From Rozella allomycis CSF55 (lineage: Eukaryota), in the NCBI GenBank assembly GCA_000442015.1, contig KE561154.1, forward strand, positions 1 through 64,000: a DNA stretch of 64,000 nucleotides. Direction: 5' to 3'. A model generated the notes under the pieces. That model was not told the DNA's origin and ran no database searches. It saw only the letters and a program-made list of their open reading frames with translations. The position numbers were made by a program, and so were the translations under genes. This document shows positions 37,831 to 49,925 of the stretch, in pieces (within the stretch, counting starts at the first letter, position 1; each line of letters begins with the position of its first letter).

Positions 37831-39747
37831 ATGAACTCCGCTTCCCCTTCAATTCTGACCTCTAAAAAGGTATCCGAAAAAGATCTTCGCGAATATTTAA
37901 AGTTATGCAAAAAGGAAGCAAAGAATTATCGTGAACAGATATATCAAATCAGATCCGAAAAGGAAAAGAATGAATACATTAGGTTAAGCTCAGAAGGAAC
38001 ACCAAATGTGCGCAAAATAAAATCATTACCTACAGTCGCATCAAAATATTTAGCGGCTTCACCATCTCCACGAAGTCACTCCAGTCCTGTTCTCAAAGTC
38101 ACACCTACGAAAACAAGCATCAGTAGAGAAAAAATTGGAAAGAATATCCAAGAAAGAATCAAAAGTACAGAGAAAATATATAAAGCGAAAAGCCCGACTT
38201 CATGTCAATCATCTTTTGCGAAAATTGCAGAGATGAATAATAAAGAGGAGAAAGATGAATTCAATATGTTGCAAGAAAGAAGAAAATCATTTCAAAATGT
38301 AAATGAGGACAAATCAGTTCAATCAAATGGAGGAAACGCATTCCATTGTTCCATTTCTCCTATTCAAAATCAAGATCATAAAATGGAAACTTTCCAGGCA
38401 TCATTTTTTGAAAGCGTCTGTGGAAATGAAGATATTAAAGAACAAACAATCACATTTTTTGAATCGGAAAGCACTTCACCTGAACCACAAAATGACCCAC
38501 CAAATCCTGAAACTTGTAGCAACAAGAAAGAGTCTATTTTGAAACCAGACCGGCCAATGGAGGAGACAGATTTAATTGAAAGAGTTAATTTTCTTGAAGA
38601 GTCAATGAAAAAAAGCCATATTGTATTACAGAAACTACAGCAAGAAAACGAAAATCTAAAAAGATCAAAAGACGGGAATAACTTTCAAAGTTCAAATACC
38701 AATATTAAAGAAAAAGAAGAATACAAAGAAACTATAAAAAAGATTCAAAATGAAAATAGCCTTTTGCATTTCAAGGAAAAACAATTGCACGGAACTATGG
38801 AACAACTAGAGATCGAGAATGAAATTTTGCGGCAAAAGCTAGATGCTATAAATAGTATTCAAGAATTCCAACAAAGCATAGATAGGAATGATAATCGCAT
38901 TGAAGTGTCTTTCTATGAATCGCCCAACACGTTACCCATGGAAACAAATTTACAAACATCAACCCCTTTGAAGACGCAAGAACATCAATCAGTTAATGAA
39001 AATGACTTGATGAATTTGTTAAACGTTTTAAATAAGAATACAGAGCCTGAAATCTCTCAAGCTGAGACCGGGTTTGCAATTGCGGCGACAAGAAAATCAA
39101 AGCCCAGAAAACATAAGGTCAAAGAAAACTTGGAAGAATCTCTGATATCGGTTATGAAAATTGAAATAGAAAAATTCATTAAGCACAAATCCGATCTAGA
39201 AAATCAAATTAGTAGGCATTTAGAGGCTCGAGAATCACAGGAAAGGTACTTTGAAGAAGTATTAAAGTCGATAAAGGAGGAAAACATCTCCATGAAAAGG
39301 AAAAATGCAGATTTAAAAGATACTTTACAGAATTATGATATTCAATTTGGCGCAATCAAAAGATGTCCTGTCGCACCGACTGACGCTCCTCGTGACTTCC
39401 TATCAGAATATTCAAATTTAAAATTTAAATATGATGAATTAGAAAAGAAACAACTTGAAACTACTTTTGAGCTTAACAATCTTAAAATCTCACACTCTAC
39501 GCTTCAAAAAGAAAAAAATGATCTTGATGCAAGAATCGATGAAGTAGAAAATGATCAGAGAACAACCCAAAAAGAATTAAATGAATCGCTGGCACTTAAC
39601 GATAAATTAAAATTGGAATTAGCTGAATCAAGGGCATCGCAACAACAGCTACGGCGAAAATTGGACACATCCATTCAAACCAACAGTGCGCTAGAAAAAT
39701 GCATAAAACGAATAGAAAAATGTTACACAACAGTTTTTACTCAATAA
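37831..39747 (+). CDS. Coiled-coil protein of unknown function
   Basis: 638-aa intronless ORF with an S/T-P-rich N-terminal half and a heptad-rich C-terminal half. Confidence 0.7.
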   Translation: MNSASPSILTSKKVSEKDLREYLKLCKKEAKNYREQIYQIRSEKEKNEYIRLSSEGTPNVRKIKSLPTVASKYLAASPSPRSHSSPVLKVTPTKTSISREKIGKNIQERIKSTEKIYKAKSPTSCQSSFAKIAEMNNKEEKDEFNMLQERRKSFQNVNEDKSVQSNGGNAFHCSISPIQNQDHKMETFQASFFESVCGNEDIKEQTITFFESESTSPEPQNDPPNPETCSNKKESILKPDRPMEETDLIERVNFLEESMKKSHIVLQKLQQENENLKRSKDGNNFQSSNTNIKEKEEYKETIKKIQNENSLLHFKEKQLHGTMEQLEIENEILRQKLDAINSIQEFQQSIDRNDNRIEVSFYESPNTLPMETNLQTSTPLKTQEHQSVNENDLMNLLNVLNKNTEPEISQAETGFAIAATRKSKPRKHKVKENLEESLISVMKIEIEKFIKHKSDLENQISRHLEARESQERYFEEVLKSIKEENISMKRKNADLKDTLQNYDIQFGAIKRCPVAPTDAPRDFLSEYSNLKFKYDELEKKQLETTFELNNLKISHSTLQKEKNDLDARIDEVENDQRTTQKELNESLALNDKLKLELAESRASQQQLRRKLDTSIQTNSALEKCIKRIEKCYTTVFTQ

Positions 39748-39763
39748 ATCATCTACTTTGTTT

Positions 39764-40172
39764 TTATGAATCGTCAGCTTTCTTTGTAAATACTACCAAA
39801 ATAACAGAGTCTCCACGTAAAAACATTTTGCTAATATATCTGTCGCGATTAACAGGTTTTGCTCTTTTCTTTCCTGCACCTGTCTTTGGGTTTTCAGTCC
39901 ACATCTAAGATTCTAGCCGAGATTTAAATTTACCTCCTTGACATGCTCAAGTACCATGTTGCAATGGCGATCAAAAGCTTTTACGCGAGCTAAAAGTTTC
40001 CTGTTGTTTCTGCAGCTTATAAGAACCTGGTTGTGAGTTTTTACGGCGTGGGTAAGCGCTGCTAAAGGTCCAGTTTGGAATTCCTCTTCCTCAAGAGCCT
40101 TCAACTCTTCTGGAGTCATTTCTGATTTATACTTGGGGCTATATTAAGACAAAATAAATAAGTGTACGGCAT
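39764..40172 (-). CDS. SMD2: snRNP core protein Sm D2
   Basis: [10 protein letters not shown]...[32 protein letters not shown]...[17 protein letters not shown]. Confidence 0.97.
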
Positions 40173-40225
40173 GTTGAAAATTAGACGCTTGTAAATTTCC
40201 AACCGAAAATTTTGACCAAACCATT

Positions 40226-41195
40226 ATGGAAGTTTTACTAACTTGGTGGAATGATGCGTATGGATTTCTGCTGGTATTCATCTCAAGTAATAAATGTTTT
40301 TAAAAATAAAATGTGATCCTGAGCATATGTTTAGATCTCAAGTTGTCGTCAAAACTTTTGGTCTCTTCTATAAGATGTGTTACACAGCTAACTATAATGG
40401 CGATAATCCTTAGGCCCATATTTCTAGAAAAGAATCCTGTTTATGTTTTTCTTGTATCTGGTATCTCGCATGTTAATGTAATAAAGGGGTCATGACTCTG
40501 TCGGGATCTATTGAAGTTGCACTATTGAAAAGCAAGTTTACCTATCCAGGAATCTTTTGGGTTTGTTTAACGTCACTTATAATCACAAATTTTTGTCTTG
40601 CTATTCTTGGTACAGGCTGCATAATGGGAGTACAGCCGTTTTATGATGCTCAACACTTCATTCCAACTTTTGGCATGTTAGTTGGAAATTCAACATCCGC
40701 TGTTGCTATATCGCTGAGTTTATTAATGAAGCAATTAATAAGTGAAAAAGAAAAGATAGAAATGTCGCTCGCATTTGGTGCTACACGTTGGGAAGCAGGT
40801 ACAAACACCTTTTTGATTTTTAAAAAGCATATCCATATATTGTTGAAGCCATAAAGATAGGGATGCTACCAACATTAAATGCAATGAGTGTTCAAGGATT
40901 AGTGACAATTCCAGGTACTGACGTTGGCTCACTTAAATAGGAATGGTAATCAATTGATATTTATTTTGAGAAGATGACTGGTCAAATTCTTGGTGGGGTG
41001 GATCCTCTCGACGCTGTAAAGTACCAGCATGTAATTATGTTCCTCATCGGTTCATCCACGACCTTGTGCTCTGTGTTTTGCTGCTTTGCAACTTATTACA
41101 TTCTTTTTGACAAACAAACACATCGATTAAATTATCACAAGCTGCAAAAACAAACGAGTTTCTCATTAAGCACCATTACAAAGAAGTCTAATTAA
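40226..41195 (+). CDS. UPF0014 family membrane protein (YbbM/FetB/STAR2-type permease), multi-exon
   Basis: SSIRCVTQL, FIPTFGMLVGNS, IEMSLAFGATRWEA, GLVTIPGMMTGQILGG and AVKYQ..IMFLI motifs. Confidence 0.9.
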
Positions 41196-41220
41196 ACATT
41201 TATTGTATTTAATATTTTAA

Positions 41221-42615
41221 TTATAATATTATTATATTGCTTGTAGCATCATCATTATCGTAATTGGTCATTGTAGCGATCCGTAAAGCAGACATTTTGC
41301 AGCGTGCAGCGGAAAACCACCGGAATAATTCCAACAGTGGCACTTTGGCGCTTTTCTTTGCTATTGTACTGATCATAGAGTAAAATTCAATAATAGATTC
41401 AAATTTCTCTTTACAAATCCCATCTATCAGAAAAGTATCGGAATCTAAATGAAGGGCGAAAACCGCTGGCTTTCTCAGCCCGCAAACACTACATTTGTCT
41501 TTATTATCTGTCTTTTCCACTGAAATCGAGCACAGATGCCTTGATAAGCAATTCAGTAACTTCTTTTTAGATAATGCTTTGAAGGAATAAGCTAAAAGTG
41601 GCTCTATTTCATCGTTTATTATCTTCTTTAGCAACGTAGATTGCTGCACAGTATTCGATACCGGAGTCATAGAATTAATGGTCTCACTTGAAGGCGTCGA
41701 TTTCAGTTGAGATTTAGATGAATTGTAATTTGCTTCCTTTAAAAAACTTTTGAATTCACTCAGAGCTGTACTATCTACATAAGTAACGATTCTTTCTTCA
41801 TTAGAAGGCTCAATAGATTCCCTTTTAACAAAATCAACTTTTTCATTGGAGTCGGGCTTTAATGAAGTCCATTTCAAACTACTGTGTCTCTTCAGCTTCA
41901 TTTCCAATGCGCCCAGTTTCTTTCTCATTTTGTACAGTTCACTTTCACGTTCGCCAAACAATATCATAGATTCTTCTAGTTTTCCAGAAAGCAATAAATT
42001 AGTTTTCGTAACATTATCTCTCAATTTCGCTTCCTCCGCCACCATCCGGTTTGCCTGATCGAACAGAGTTGCTGTTAATTCTTCCATTTCCTTTTCCAAA
42101 ATCTCCTTGTCTATAGTAACTTTCTCCAGCTGTTTAGCTTCACTATGATATCTCGTGGAAAGCTCATTGTATTTATCTTTCATCTTGTGGAATGCATCAG
42201 TTCGTTCTTTTATAACGTTAACATAAACTTGGCATCTTTCGCATTCAGTCGGCAAGGTGGTATTAGAAAGCGAAGTTATCAAAATTTCACCAGACGTGGA
42301 TGTCGACAGCACGGGCATGGATTTGCATGTCTGTAGCGGAACATGCGGCTGACCAGCTTCCAAATCATTTTCACCCAAATGTAGAAAATTGGGCTCTTCT
42401 TGCTGTTTGGTATCTGTTGTCAATGAGGATTCCAAATACTGAATCGCAAATTTTATGTATTCCAAATTGCGCACCTGATCCTCGCCATCCAAATTGGATT
42501 CAAGCCTTTTCAAAAAATGTATACCAGTTTTTATACTGAATTCTAGTCTCGTTGCTTTCACCCGAAGATCATGTACTAGCTTATCCGATTCCGATTCCAC
42601 ACCAAGGTCCGGCAT
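41221..42615 (-). CDS. SEC2: Sec2/Rabin8-like Rab GEF
   Basis: LEKEMEELTATLFDQANRMVA Sec2 motif, C-terminal I.P.L and CxxC region. Start uncertain. Confidence 0.8.
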   Translation of the reverse strand: MPDLGVESESDKLVHDLRVKATRLEFSIKTGIHFLKRLESNLDGEDQVRNLEYIKFAIQYLESSLTTDTKQQEEPNFLHLGENDLEAGQPHVPLQTCKSMPVLSTSTSGEILITSLSNTTLPTECERCQVYVNVIKERTDAFHKMKDKYNELSTRYHSEAKQLEKVTIDKEILEKEMEELTATLFDQANRMVAEEAKLRDNVTKTNLLLSGKLEESMILFGERESELYKMRKKLGALEMKLKRHSSLKWTSLKPDSNEKVDFVKRESIEPSNEERIVTYVDSTALSEFKSFLKEANYNSSKSQLKSTPSSETINSMTPVSNTVQQSTLLKKIINDEIEPLLAYSFKALSKKKLLNCLSRHLCSISVEKTDNKDKCSVCGLRKPAVFALHLDSDTFLIDGICKEKFESIIEFYSMISTIAKKSAKVPLLELFRWFSAARCKMSALRIATMTNYDNDDATSNIIIL

Positions 42616-42781
42616 GGCAACCAAACCAAATTCCAAAGATACCTTGCCCCCAATGCATAAAATTGGACATATAAATGAATCCAAAATAAAGTTATAACCC
42701 ACTAACTGCCAGTCATTCTTGTATTATATTTTGTTATTCGTATTTTTCAAAAATCTACAGCCTCCCACAAATACTTTTAAA

Positions 42782-43517
42782 ATGCGCGAAACGAATACAA
42801 AATCATCAACTCCTCTCCAAACGATATCCAAAGCCGACTCTGTCTTACCTGGCAACCAGCCTGTGATGGACCGGTATCTTGACAAGATGTCTATGAGCTC
42901 TATAAATTTCAAAGAGGGGCTAGAAAACATACCTGGACTTTCCAGCAACATGGTAGGTTAATTTTATTTCACTCTTTTTGTCGTGCGCCGCGGACGCATT
43001 CTATTGGTTGAAAATTTTAATGACGGTAGGTGTTGATGCAGAGTGCTGGGAGCGGCCATGTGCTTGATATGGTAAGATGGTGTTTGGTTGGAGATAGAAT
43101 TCGATTGTAGCGTTTAGGGATATAATGATGCAGCGGGTTGCGTTGCCAGCGACTGTGGTGGAGGAGGAGCCGATGTATGTGAATGCGAAACAGTATCAGA
43201 GGATTTTGAAGAGGCGGATAGCGAGAGCGAAATATGAGGCGGCGAGGAAGAAGAGTATGGAGAAAAAGGTAAGGGGATGAGGTTGGTGGGATGATAGCCG
43301 TATTTGCATGAGAGTAGACATAAGCATGCTATGCGAAGATTGCGAGGTATTTTGGGTGATTATGGTAAGAGTAGGACCAGGAGGAAGATTTTTGACTGCA
43401 GCTGAAATAGCCGAAATGAAAAAGAAGGAAAAGGAGCAGAGTGAAGCAGGTGGGAACCAAAATAGAGAGGCACAAGGACAAGAGAATAGTTCTGAAAGAG
43501 GGAGAAAGCAACAATGA
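42782..43517 (+). CDS. HAP2: CCAAT-binding factor subunit NF-YA/Hap2, multi-exon
   Basis: QRVALP..EEEPMYVNAKQYQRILKRR.ARAK|PYLHESRHKHAMRR.R|GPGGRFL. The first exon is inferred. Confidence 0.92.
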
Positions 43518-43648
43518 CGTAATTAGAGGGTTCAAAGGAATGGTCAACTAACGAGAAGCGATATATTAAAATAAAACAATTTTATCAAATATATATTTTA
43601 AAATATTTTCAACTAGATTATTCAACTAGATTATTCAAAAAGATTTTT

Positions 43649-46600
43649 TTATTCATTTGATGACAAAATATTTGAAGAATTCTTTCTTAGAGAATTGACC
43701 ACTTCGATAGTTTCTTTTCTGTTATTGATAGATTCTAATTGAGACAAGGCTTTAGTGATTAACGCTTCCCTTTTATTTAATATTTTACGATGTCTTTGAA
43801 ATTCATGAGATAAAGATTGATACTAGAATAATAACAATAAAGAATAAATTTACTTCTTTTTCTAATTTTTTGTATTTCAGTTCAAAATCTTCAACTTGTT
43901 TTTGTTTTAAAGCTAATTGATCTCTTAATTGGGAATTTAACTTTGAAAGAGAATCAGCTTTAGCTTTTAATGTTTCAATTGTGGGATCGTTTGAAGCTGA
44001 TTGATGAATTTTGTTTATTTCTTCTAAATGTTTAATTTTCCTATTTGAATTTTCTAATTGTTTAGTCAAGGATCTAAAAATAGAATTGAAAATAGATTAC
44101 TCTAATTTTGAAGAATAATCTTGTTCTTTTTCATAAAATAATTCATTTGAATTTTCAAAGGCTAAAGAAAGTTTTTTATTATTTTCTTCTAATTTTTCAA
44201 ATTGAATTAAAAGATTTTCATATTCTTTTTTGAATAGATGATCTGAATGGCCATTTAATGAAAATTTATTTTGTAGATTGAAATATTCATCAGTCAAATC
44301 TTTAATTTCTTTTCCTAATTTATCATTCAATTCTTTATATTTATTTTTTTCAGTTTCCATTAATAGATTCTTTTCTTTCAATAGATCTATTTCCATTTTA
44401 GATTCATGTAGATCTTTTTTCAATCTTGAAATTTCATTATTTTGTTTTAAATTTTGTTTTGAATTATTTTCTAAATCTTTTCTTGTTACATTCAAATCTT
44501 TAGTTAGCTTTTCTATTTCGTTAGAAAGTGATCCAATTTGTTGTGAATATTCTTCAACCTTTTTGGTCAACTTGTTATTCTGACTGGTCAATTTTCTATT
44601 TTCATTTGTCAAATTATTGTTCTGATTGTTCATCTCATTAGAATAACCTTCAATTTGCTTTTCTAATTTCAACTTTTCTTGCTCCAATTGTTTCTCCAAT
44701 TTCAACTTTTCTTGCTCCAATTTCAACTTTTCTTGTACCACTTTCTCTAATTCCTTCTCCTTTTCAAATAACTTTTCTTTCTCTTTCTCCAAATTTCTCT
44801 TTTCTTCTCTTTCCACTCTTAAATCTTTCTTTAAACTTTCATTCTCCAATTCACCTTCTTCCATTCTCATTTTATAATTCTTGAATAGATTTTCTAGATT
44901 ATTCAAATAAGATTTAATAATAGATTCAACAGAAGAAATTGAATTAAATTGAACTTCAACTGGATCTAAGCCACCTAGATTAAATTTCTTTAAAATTTCA
45001 AATAAATTCTTTTGAATTGAACTTAGAATCAATTGACTGGAATTTAATAACGATTTACTAGATTCCATTTCTTTTCTCATTTCTTCTATTTCTGCTTTGG
45101 ATGATTGACTGTACAGTTTTTCTTGTTGTTTTTTCTATAACTTTAATGAATTAATTTTACTTGTTTAGAAAATGCTTCAGATGTTTCTTTCAACATTTCA
45201 TCCTTTTCTTTAATCAAACTCTTTAATATTTCAATCTCTTGTATCTTATTCTCCACAGTAGCTTCCAACCTCTTCATGTGCAAGTTGACTTTATTATCTT
45301 CATTTTCTTTATTCTCTTGAATCATCTCCACTTGTTGTCGTTGATTTTGAATTTCAATCTTGTATTCATAAATTTGTTTTTCATATTTGTTAATTTCATT
45401 TTCCTAAATTTCATAAATAGATTAGTAAATTTACAAAATCAATTTTAGATTTTTCATAAATAGATTTCAAATTATGAAATTCATTTTCTTTCAACTCTAA
45501 ATTATTCTTGTACAATTCAATTTCGTTTGAAAGTTCTTTAATCACAATTTTATTTGAATTCAATTTTTCAGAGTTTAGATTTATTTCATTTATTAAATTC
45601 TCTTTATCTTTTTCCAATTCATTTATTATCTAATTACATTGAACTGCATGGATTACTTTGTGATACTTTTTAGCAGAAGAAGCAAATTCATCTTCTTTCT
45701 GGGCCAAGTAAGATTTCAATTGTTCTTCTTTAGATAATTCTGATTTCAAAACTTTTAATTCTTTATGAAAATTTTCTTCCTTTTCAACTGAAATTGAATT
45801 GACAATTTTTAATGAATTTTGAACTTGATTTAATTTATTTTCTAATTGAATAATTTCATTCTTTTGCATTTCAATTTCATTTCTTGCTTCTTCCAATTCT
45901 ACAAGATTTGAATCTAATTCAGTTTGGTTCAAATTCAATTCAAAATTTTTCTGTTCTAAATTTACTTGCAATTCATCCAACTGTGATTTATACATCTTTA
46001 TCTCTTTTTCATATTCCACATTCTTCTTTCCTTGTTGCTTCAATTCCTTTTCAAGTTTCTTCATTTCAAAATTTATTTCTTCAATTTCACTCTTCTTTTC
46101 ATTCAAACTTTTCAATAAAGATTTATTTTCATTTTCTAATCTACTAAATTTACTCTTTAAAATATTCCATTCTGAACCCTTGTCAATTTCTACCTCTTCA
46201 GTTTTCAAAATTTCAAATATTCTTGTTTTCTCATTCAATGATTTTTCATATAATTTGTTTCTCTCTTCAATTAATTCATTTTTCAATTTTTCTTTTTCAA
46301 TCTTTAAATTTTCTCTTTCAAGTTTTACATTTTCACAATCTATTTTGGAATTTTCAGTTTCTATTTTTAGTTTTTCAATTTCAGCCTCCAATGAAACTAT
46401 TCTCTTATTTTCATTTGTTAATTTATTTTGTGATATTTTATATTCTTTTATTATTTGTTCATATTTCTGTATCTTATTATTCAACAAATTCAACTCTTTC
46501 TTATTCATTTGAAAATCTTGTATTGAAGAATTCAAATCATGTAAACTTGTTTCCTTTTCTTTCATCTTGTAAACTAAATCTTCAATTTCTTTTTCTTTTT

Positions 46601-48389
46601 TATTCAAAGTTTTTTTAATTAAATCCATTTCTTGTTTAATATTCTTCATTTCTTCATTCAATTTATCATTCTTTGCCTTTAAATCATCTTGAATTTGTTT
46701 CATCTTTTTCATTTCTTTAATTTTATTGTTTATTAAATCTTCTTTGGATAATAAACTAAATTTCAAAATATCATTTTGTCTATTCATTTCTTTAATCTCA
46801 TTTTCATATCTTTTATTAATTTCTGAAATTTCATTTTTCAATTCCGAAATTTCCAATTCTCTTTCCTTTAAACTTTCAACGCTTCCATCGATATCTTTTT
46901 CAACTTTAATAATTTCGTTTTCTTTATATTTCAATTTCTCTTTCATTTCAATCATATTTGTTTCCATTTTTATCAATTGTTTTTCTTTCTCTGCTAAATC
47001 CTTCATTAAATCTTTTTCTTTTTGTTTAAATTCATTCAATTGAACAGAAAACATTAATTCTTTCTCTTGGATAATTTCTTTTACTTCTTCTTGAAAACTT
47101 TTCTCTCTTTCTTTCAGCCCTTGCTTCATTCTTTCTATCAATTTTTGATTTTCTTGCTTAATTCTCTCTTTCTCATTCTTTTCTATTTCAATCTCTCGTT
47201 CCTTTTCTTTCTCAACTTGTTCAATCTTGTGTTGAAGAGAACTTATTTCTCTCCTGTAACCTTCAATCCTCTCTAGCATTTTTTCTTGTAAATCTTTAAA
47301 CACTTTTTCATCTTCGTTTTGTTTATTTTGGAACTCCAGAATTATTTCATTCTTTTCTTTGACATTTTCAGATTCTCTTTTTATCAATTCTTTGAATTTT
47401 TTAATCTCTTCTTCCTTTTGTTCAATCAACTTTGTTAATTCTTCTTTAGCTTCTCTTTCTTTATTCTTCACTAATTCTTGCTTATCATTTAATTCTTTCT
47501 CCTTTTCTCTCAACTCTTTATCTTTTTGTTTCAATTCATTATCTCTTTCTTTCAATTCCCTATCTTTTCCATGCAATTTATTGTCCTTTTCCCTCACTTT
47601 TTCTTCTCTATTCTTCAATTCTTCATTCAATCTTCTTATATCATCATCCTTTGTAACAATCATTTTTCTTAGCCTCTCTTGCTCTTCAATCAACTGCTCA
47701 CCCTCCATTCTCATACTCTCCCTCAACTTGTTCATCTCTTCTTTCATTCTTTCCTCAATTTCTCCAATCTTTTCCTTTAACAATTCACTCTTATTTCATA
47801 ATAGATCCCTTACTTTTCATTATACAATTTGTTATTAGATTCTTCTGCCAGCTGTCTTTGAAACCTCTCTTCCCTTATGACCCACATAAACCAATCTTAC
47901 TCCAACTCTCCAATAATCTCCTCATTATTCACTTTCCTATTCACATCAACCAAACTTATTTACTCTTTCCTACATAAACACCCCAACCAAATCTTACTGT
48001 TCAATCTCCTTTGCACTCAAATGCTCAATCAAAGCCTCCAACTCTCCAATCCGCCTATCCCCCAACCCCAAATCTCTTACCCAACAGCCTCATCATACCG
48101 CTTCTCACTCTTCTGCACCCGGATCTGCAGCTCCAAATTCTCATCCGCCAAACTGTCCATATTCGCAGGCAGCTTCTTGCTCATCTTCTCCTGCAGCGCA
48201 AACAACTTCAACTTTAAATCAAAATTCTCCTTTTTCATCTGGTTCAGCGCCTTTGCTAAAATTTATCGTCTCTTACATTCTCATTTTCTTTCAAAGATGA
48301 ATCGCCATTTTGGGCCTTTAAATCGATCGGCTTTGCGGGGGAATACGGAAGCTGCCTTTCATACGGGCCTCCATTCTGCATCGTCATAA
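43649..48389 (-). CDS. Large coiled-coil gamma-tubulin receptor with an N-terminal CM1 (Cnn_1N) motif, multi-exon
   Basis: Spliced N-terminus SLKENEN|ALNQMKKENFDLKLKLFALQEKM, followed by more than 1000 aa of heptads. Start codon uncertain. Confidence 0.8.
44664..44734 (-). repeat. Coding repeats encoding QEKLKLE
   Basis: Repeated tttcaacttttcttg units inside the CM1 gene. Confidence 0.6.
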
Positions 48390-48737
48390 AAATTGCCAGG
48401 GTTGGTGAAGGCAGTTTTAAGTGAGATTAGATTGTATGGTTTAGTGGATTTAGTGGATAGAAAATTATAGTACTATAGAATTATAATAGATTTAAAGTGT
48501 GATATTGTTGGGCGCTGAGTCCTGGCGAGCAGGTGAAGACTAAACACATTGTATTCTATAAAAGATTAAAGAGAGATTTGATAAATTGAGTGACAGGATT
48601 AAGTGGATAGAAATTAATTGCTTCACTGAAACAAGTTTGTGTGAAATGTTTGTGCAATGTTAAGTGGTGTGATTAGTCAATAAATACTTATAGGATCAAG
48701 CACGGATTGGCATAACTTGGATAATTTTTACAGTTTA

Positions 48738-49790
48738 TTAAAAGGCTCTTCTTCCTGAAGTGGAAGGCAACTCTGTGAAAAAAACAAACGGCGACGCCCT
48801 ATTTTCAGATTTTTCCCATCCTATGTTTAGCGTAATAGGACTCAATGTCAAAAAATTACTGTCACTGCGTCTTCGTATCACCAATGCATTATGCGGTTGG
48901 GTGCCGTCAGGTTTGTAGTACAATACGTCATACTTTTCAAGAAAACTAGAGCCACGGTGCTTATTCATTTTTATATCGTTAACACACGAAACCGTTTTTC
49001 CACTATCCAGATCAAGGCAAATCAAAGTATCGGGATCTTTGGGGTCGACTCTGCTCAATGTTCTTACTTGCATCAACAATATATTGTGTTGCTTGGCTAT
49101 TGCTGAATCCATGCAATCTATTTTTTGAATGCCATGGTCCCACACGGTCCATTTATTACTTTTACCACACTCATCCTTCAAATCGTATCCGATCGGTTCA
49201 CATCTTTTGAGGTCTGGAATAAACATCCTGTTCTGTTTGCAGAAATCGAAACAAGCACGAACATCAGCATTGTTTGTGTCAACCAATTCAAGTACGAGAT
49301 TGTTTTTGCATTCCGAACAAGTTACCTTGCCATTTTCTTCCTTTATTTTGTCGTTATCACAGTCTTTCGGCTTTGGATAACACTTCATCTTATTTTGGGA
49401 TCTAAAGTTGTCGCCGCAATCCGAACAGCTACCATCTTTTGCGTAGCTTTTGCAACCATCAATTTTAGGAACGCAGATATCGCCTTCAGCTTTCGCCATT
49501 GGATCTCCGCATTCGTCACATTGAAATAGTCCTTTAGGTTTTTTACATCCTTCCTGTTTTCGAAAACACTTGTAGTCAATGAGTGTCGCGTCTATTTCGC
49601 AAGCTTGGCAAGTTCCTATATTTTGGTCGTTGTGAATGGCACAAGAAGGTACGTATTTGTCTTTTTTGATGCATCCCATAGCTTTCGGATAAGTTACAAC
49701 ACGCTCGTCACTTGGGCAGTTTGGGATGTCAGGAAGCGAGGATACTAGCGCTATAGCTATAGCTGTCAAAGACAATAATCTTAGAACCAT
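48738..49790 (-). CDS. Secreted cysteine-rich (CxxC-repeat) protein
   Basis: Signal peptide MVLRLLSLTAIAIALVSS; repeated CxxC units (CQAC, CDEC, CSDC, CSEC, CFDFC); no TM anchor; intronless. Confidence 0.8.
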   Translation of the reverse strand: MVLRLLSLTAIAIALVSSLPDIPNCPSDERVVTYPKAMGCIKKDKYVPSCAIHNDQNIGTCQACEIDATLIDYKCFRKQEGCKKPKGLFQCDECGDPMAKAEGDICVPKIDGCKSYAKDGSCSDCGDNFRSQNKMKCYPKPKDCDNDKIKEENGKVTCSECKNNLVLELVDTNNADVRACFDFCKQNRMFIPDLKRCEPIGYDLKDECGKSNKWTVWDHGIQKIDCMDSAIAKQHNILLMQVRTLSRVDPKDPDTLICLDLDSGKTVSCVNDIKMNKHRGSSFLEKYDVLYYKPDGTQPHNALVIRRRSDSNFLTLSPITLNIGWEKSENRASPFVFFTELPSTSGRRAF

Positions 49791-49925
49791 GCTACAGGAG
49801 GTGGCATGGGCCGTTTTTATATCCGAGAAAGTTAAAAATAGAATCTACTTCTAATTTTGGAACAGATGGTTTTAATTAGTTCTACAACAAAGACAACATA
49901 TATTTAAATAAAGAAATTTATTTGA

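Noticed and set aside
42724-42951. Minus-strand ORF as extra 5' exons of SEC2
   Set aside because: It has plausible donor sites but conflicts with an equally consistent plus-strand HAP2 first exon. Unresolved without RNA data, so not called.
44278-47838. Long plus-strand Phe/Ser/Leu-rich ORFs
   Set aside because: Antisense shadows of the Glu/Lys-rich coiled-coil gene.
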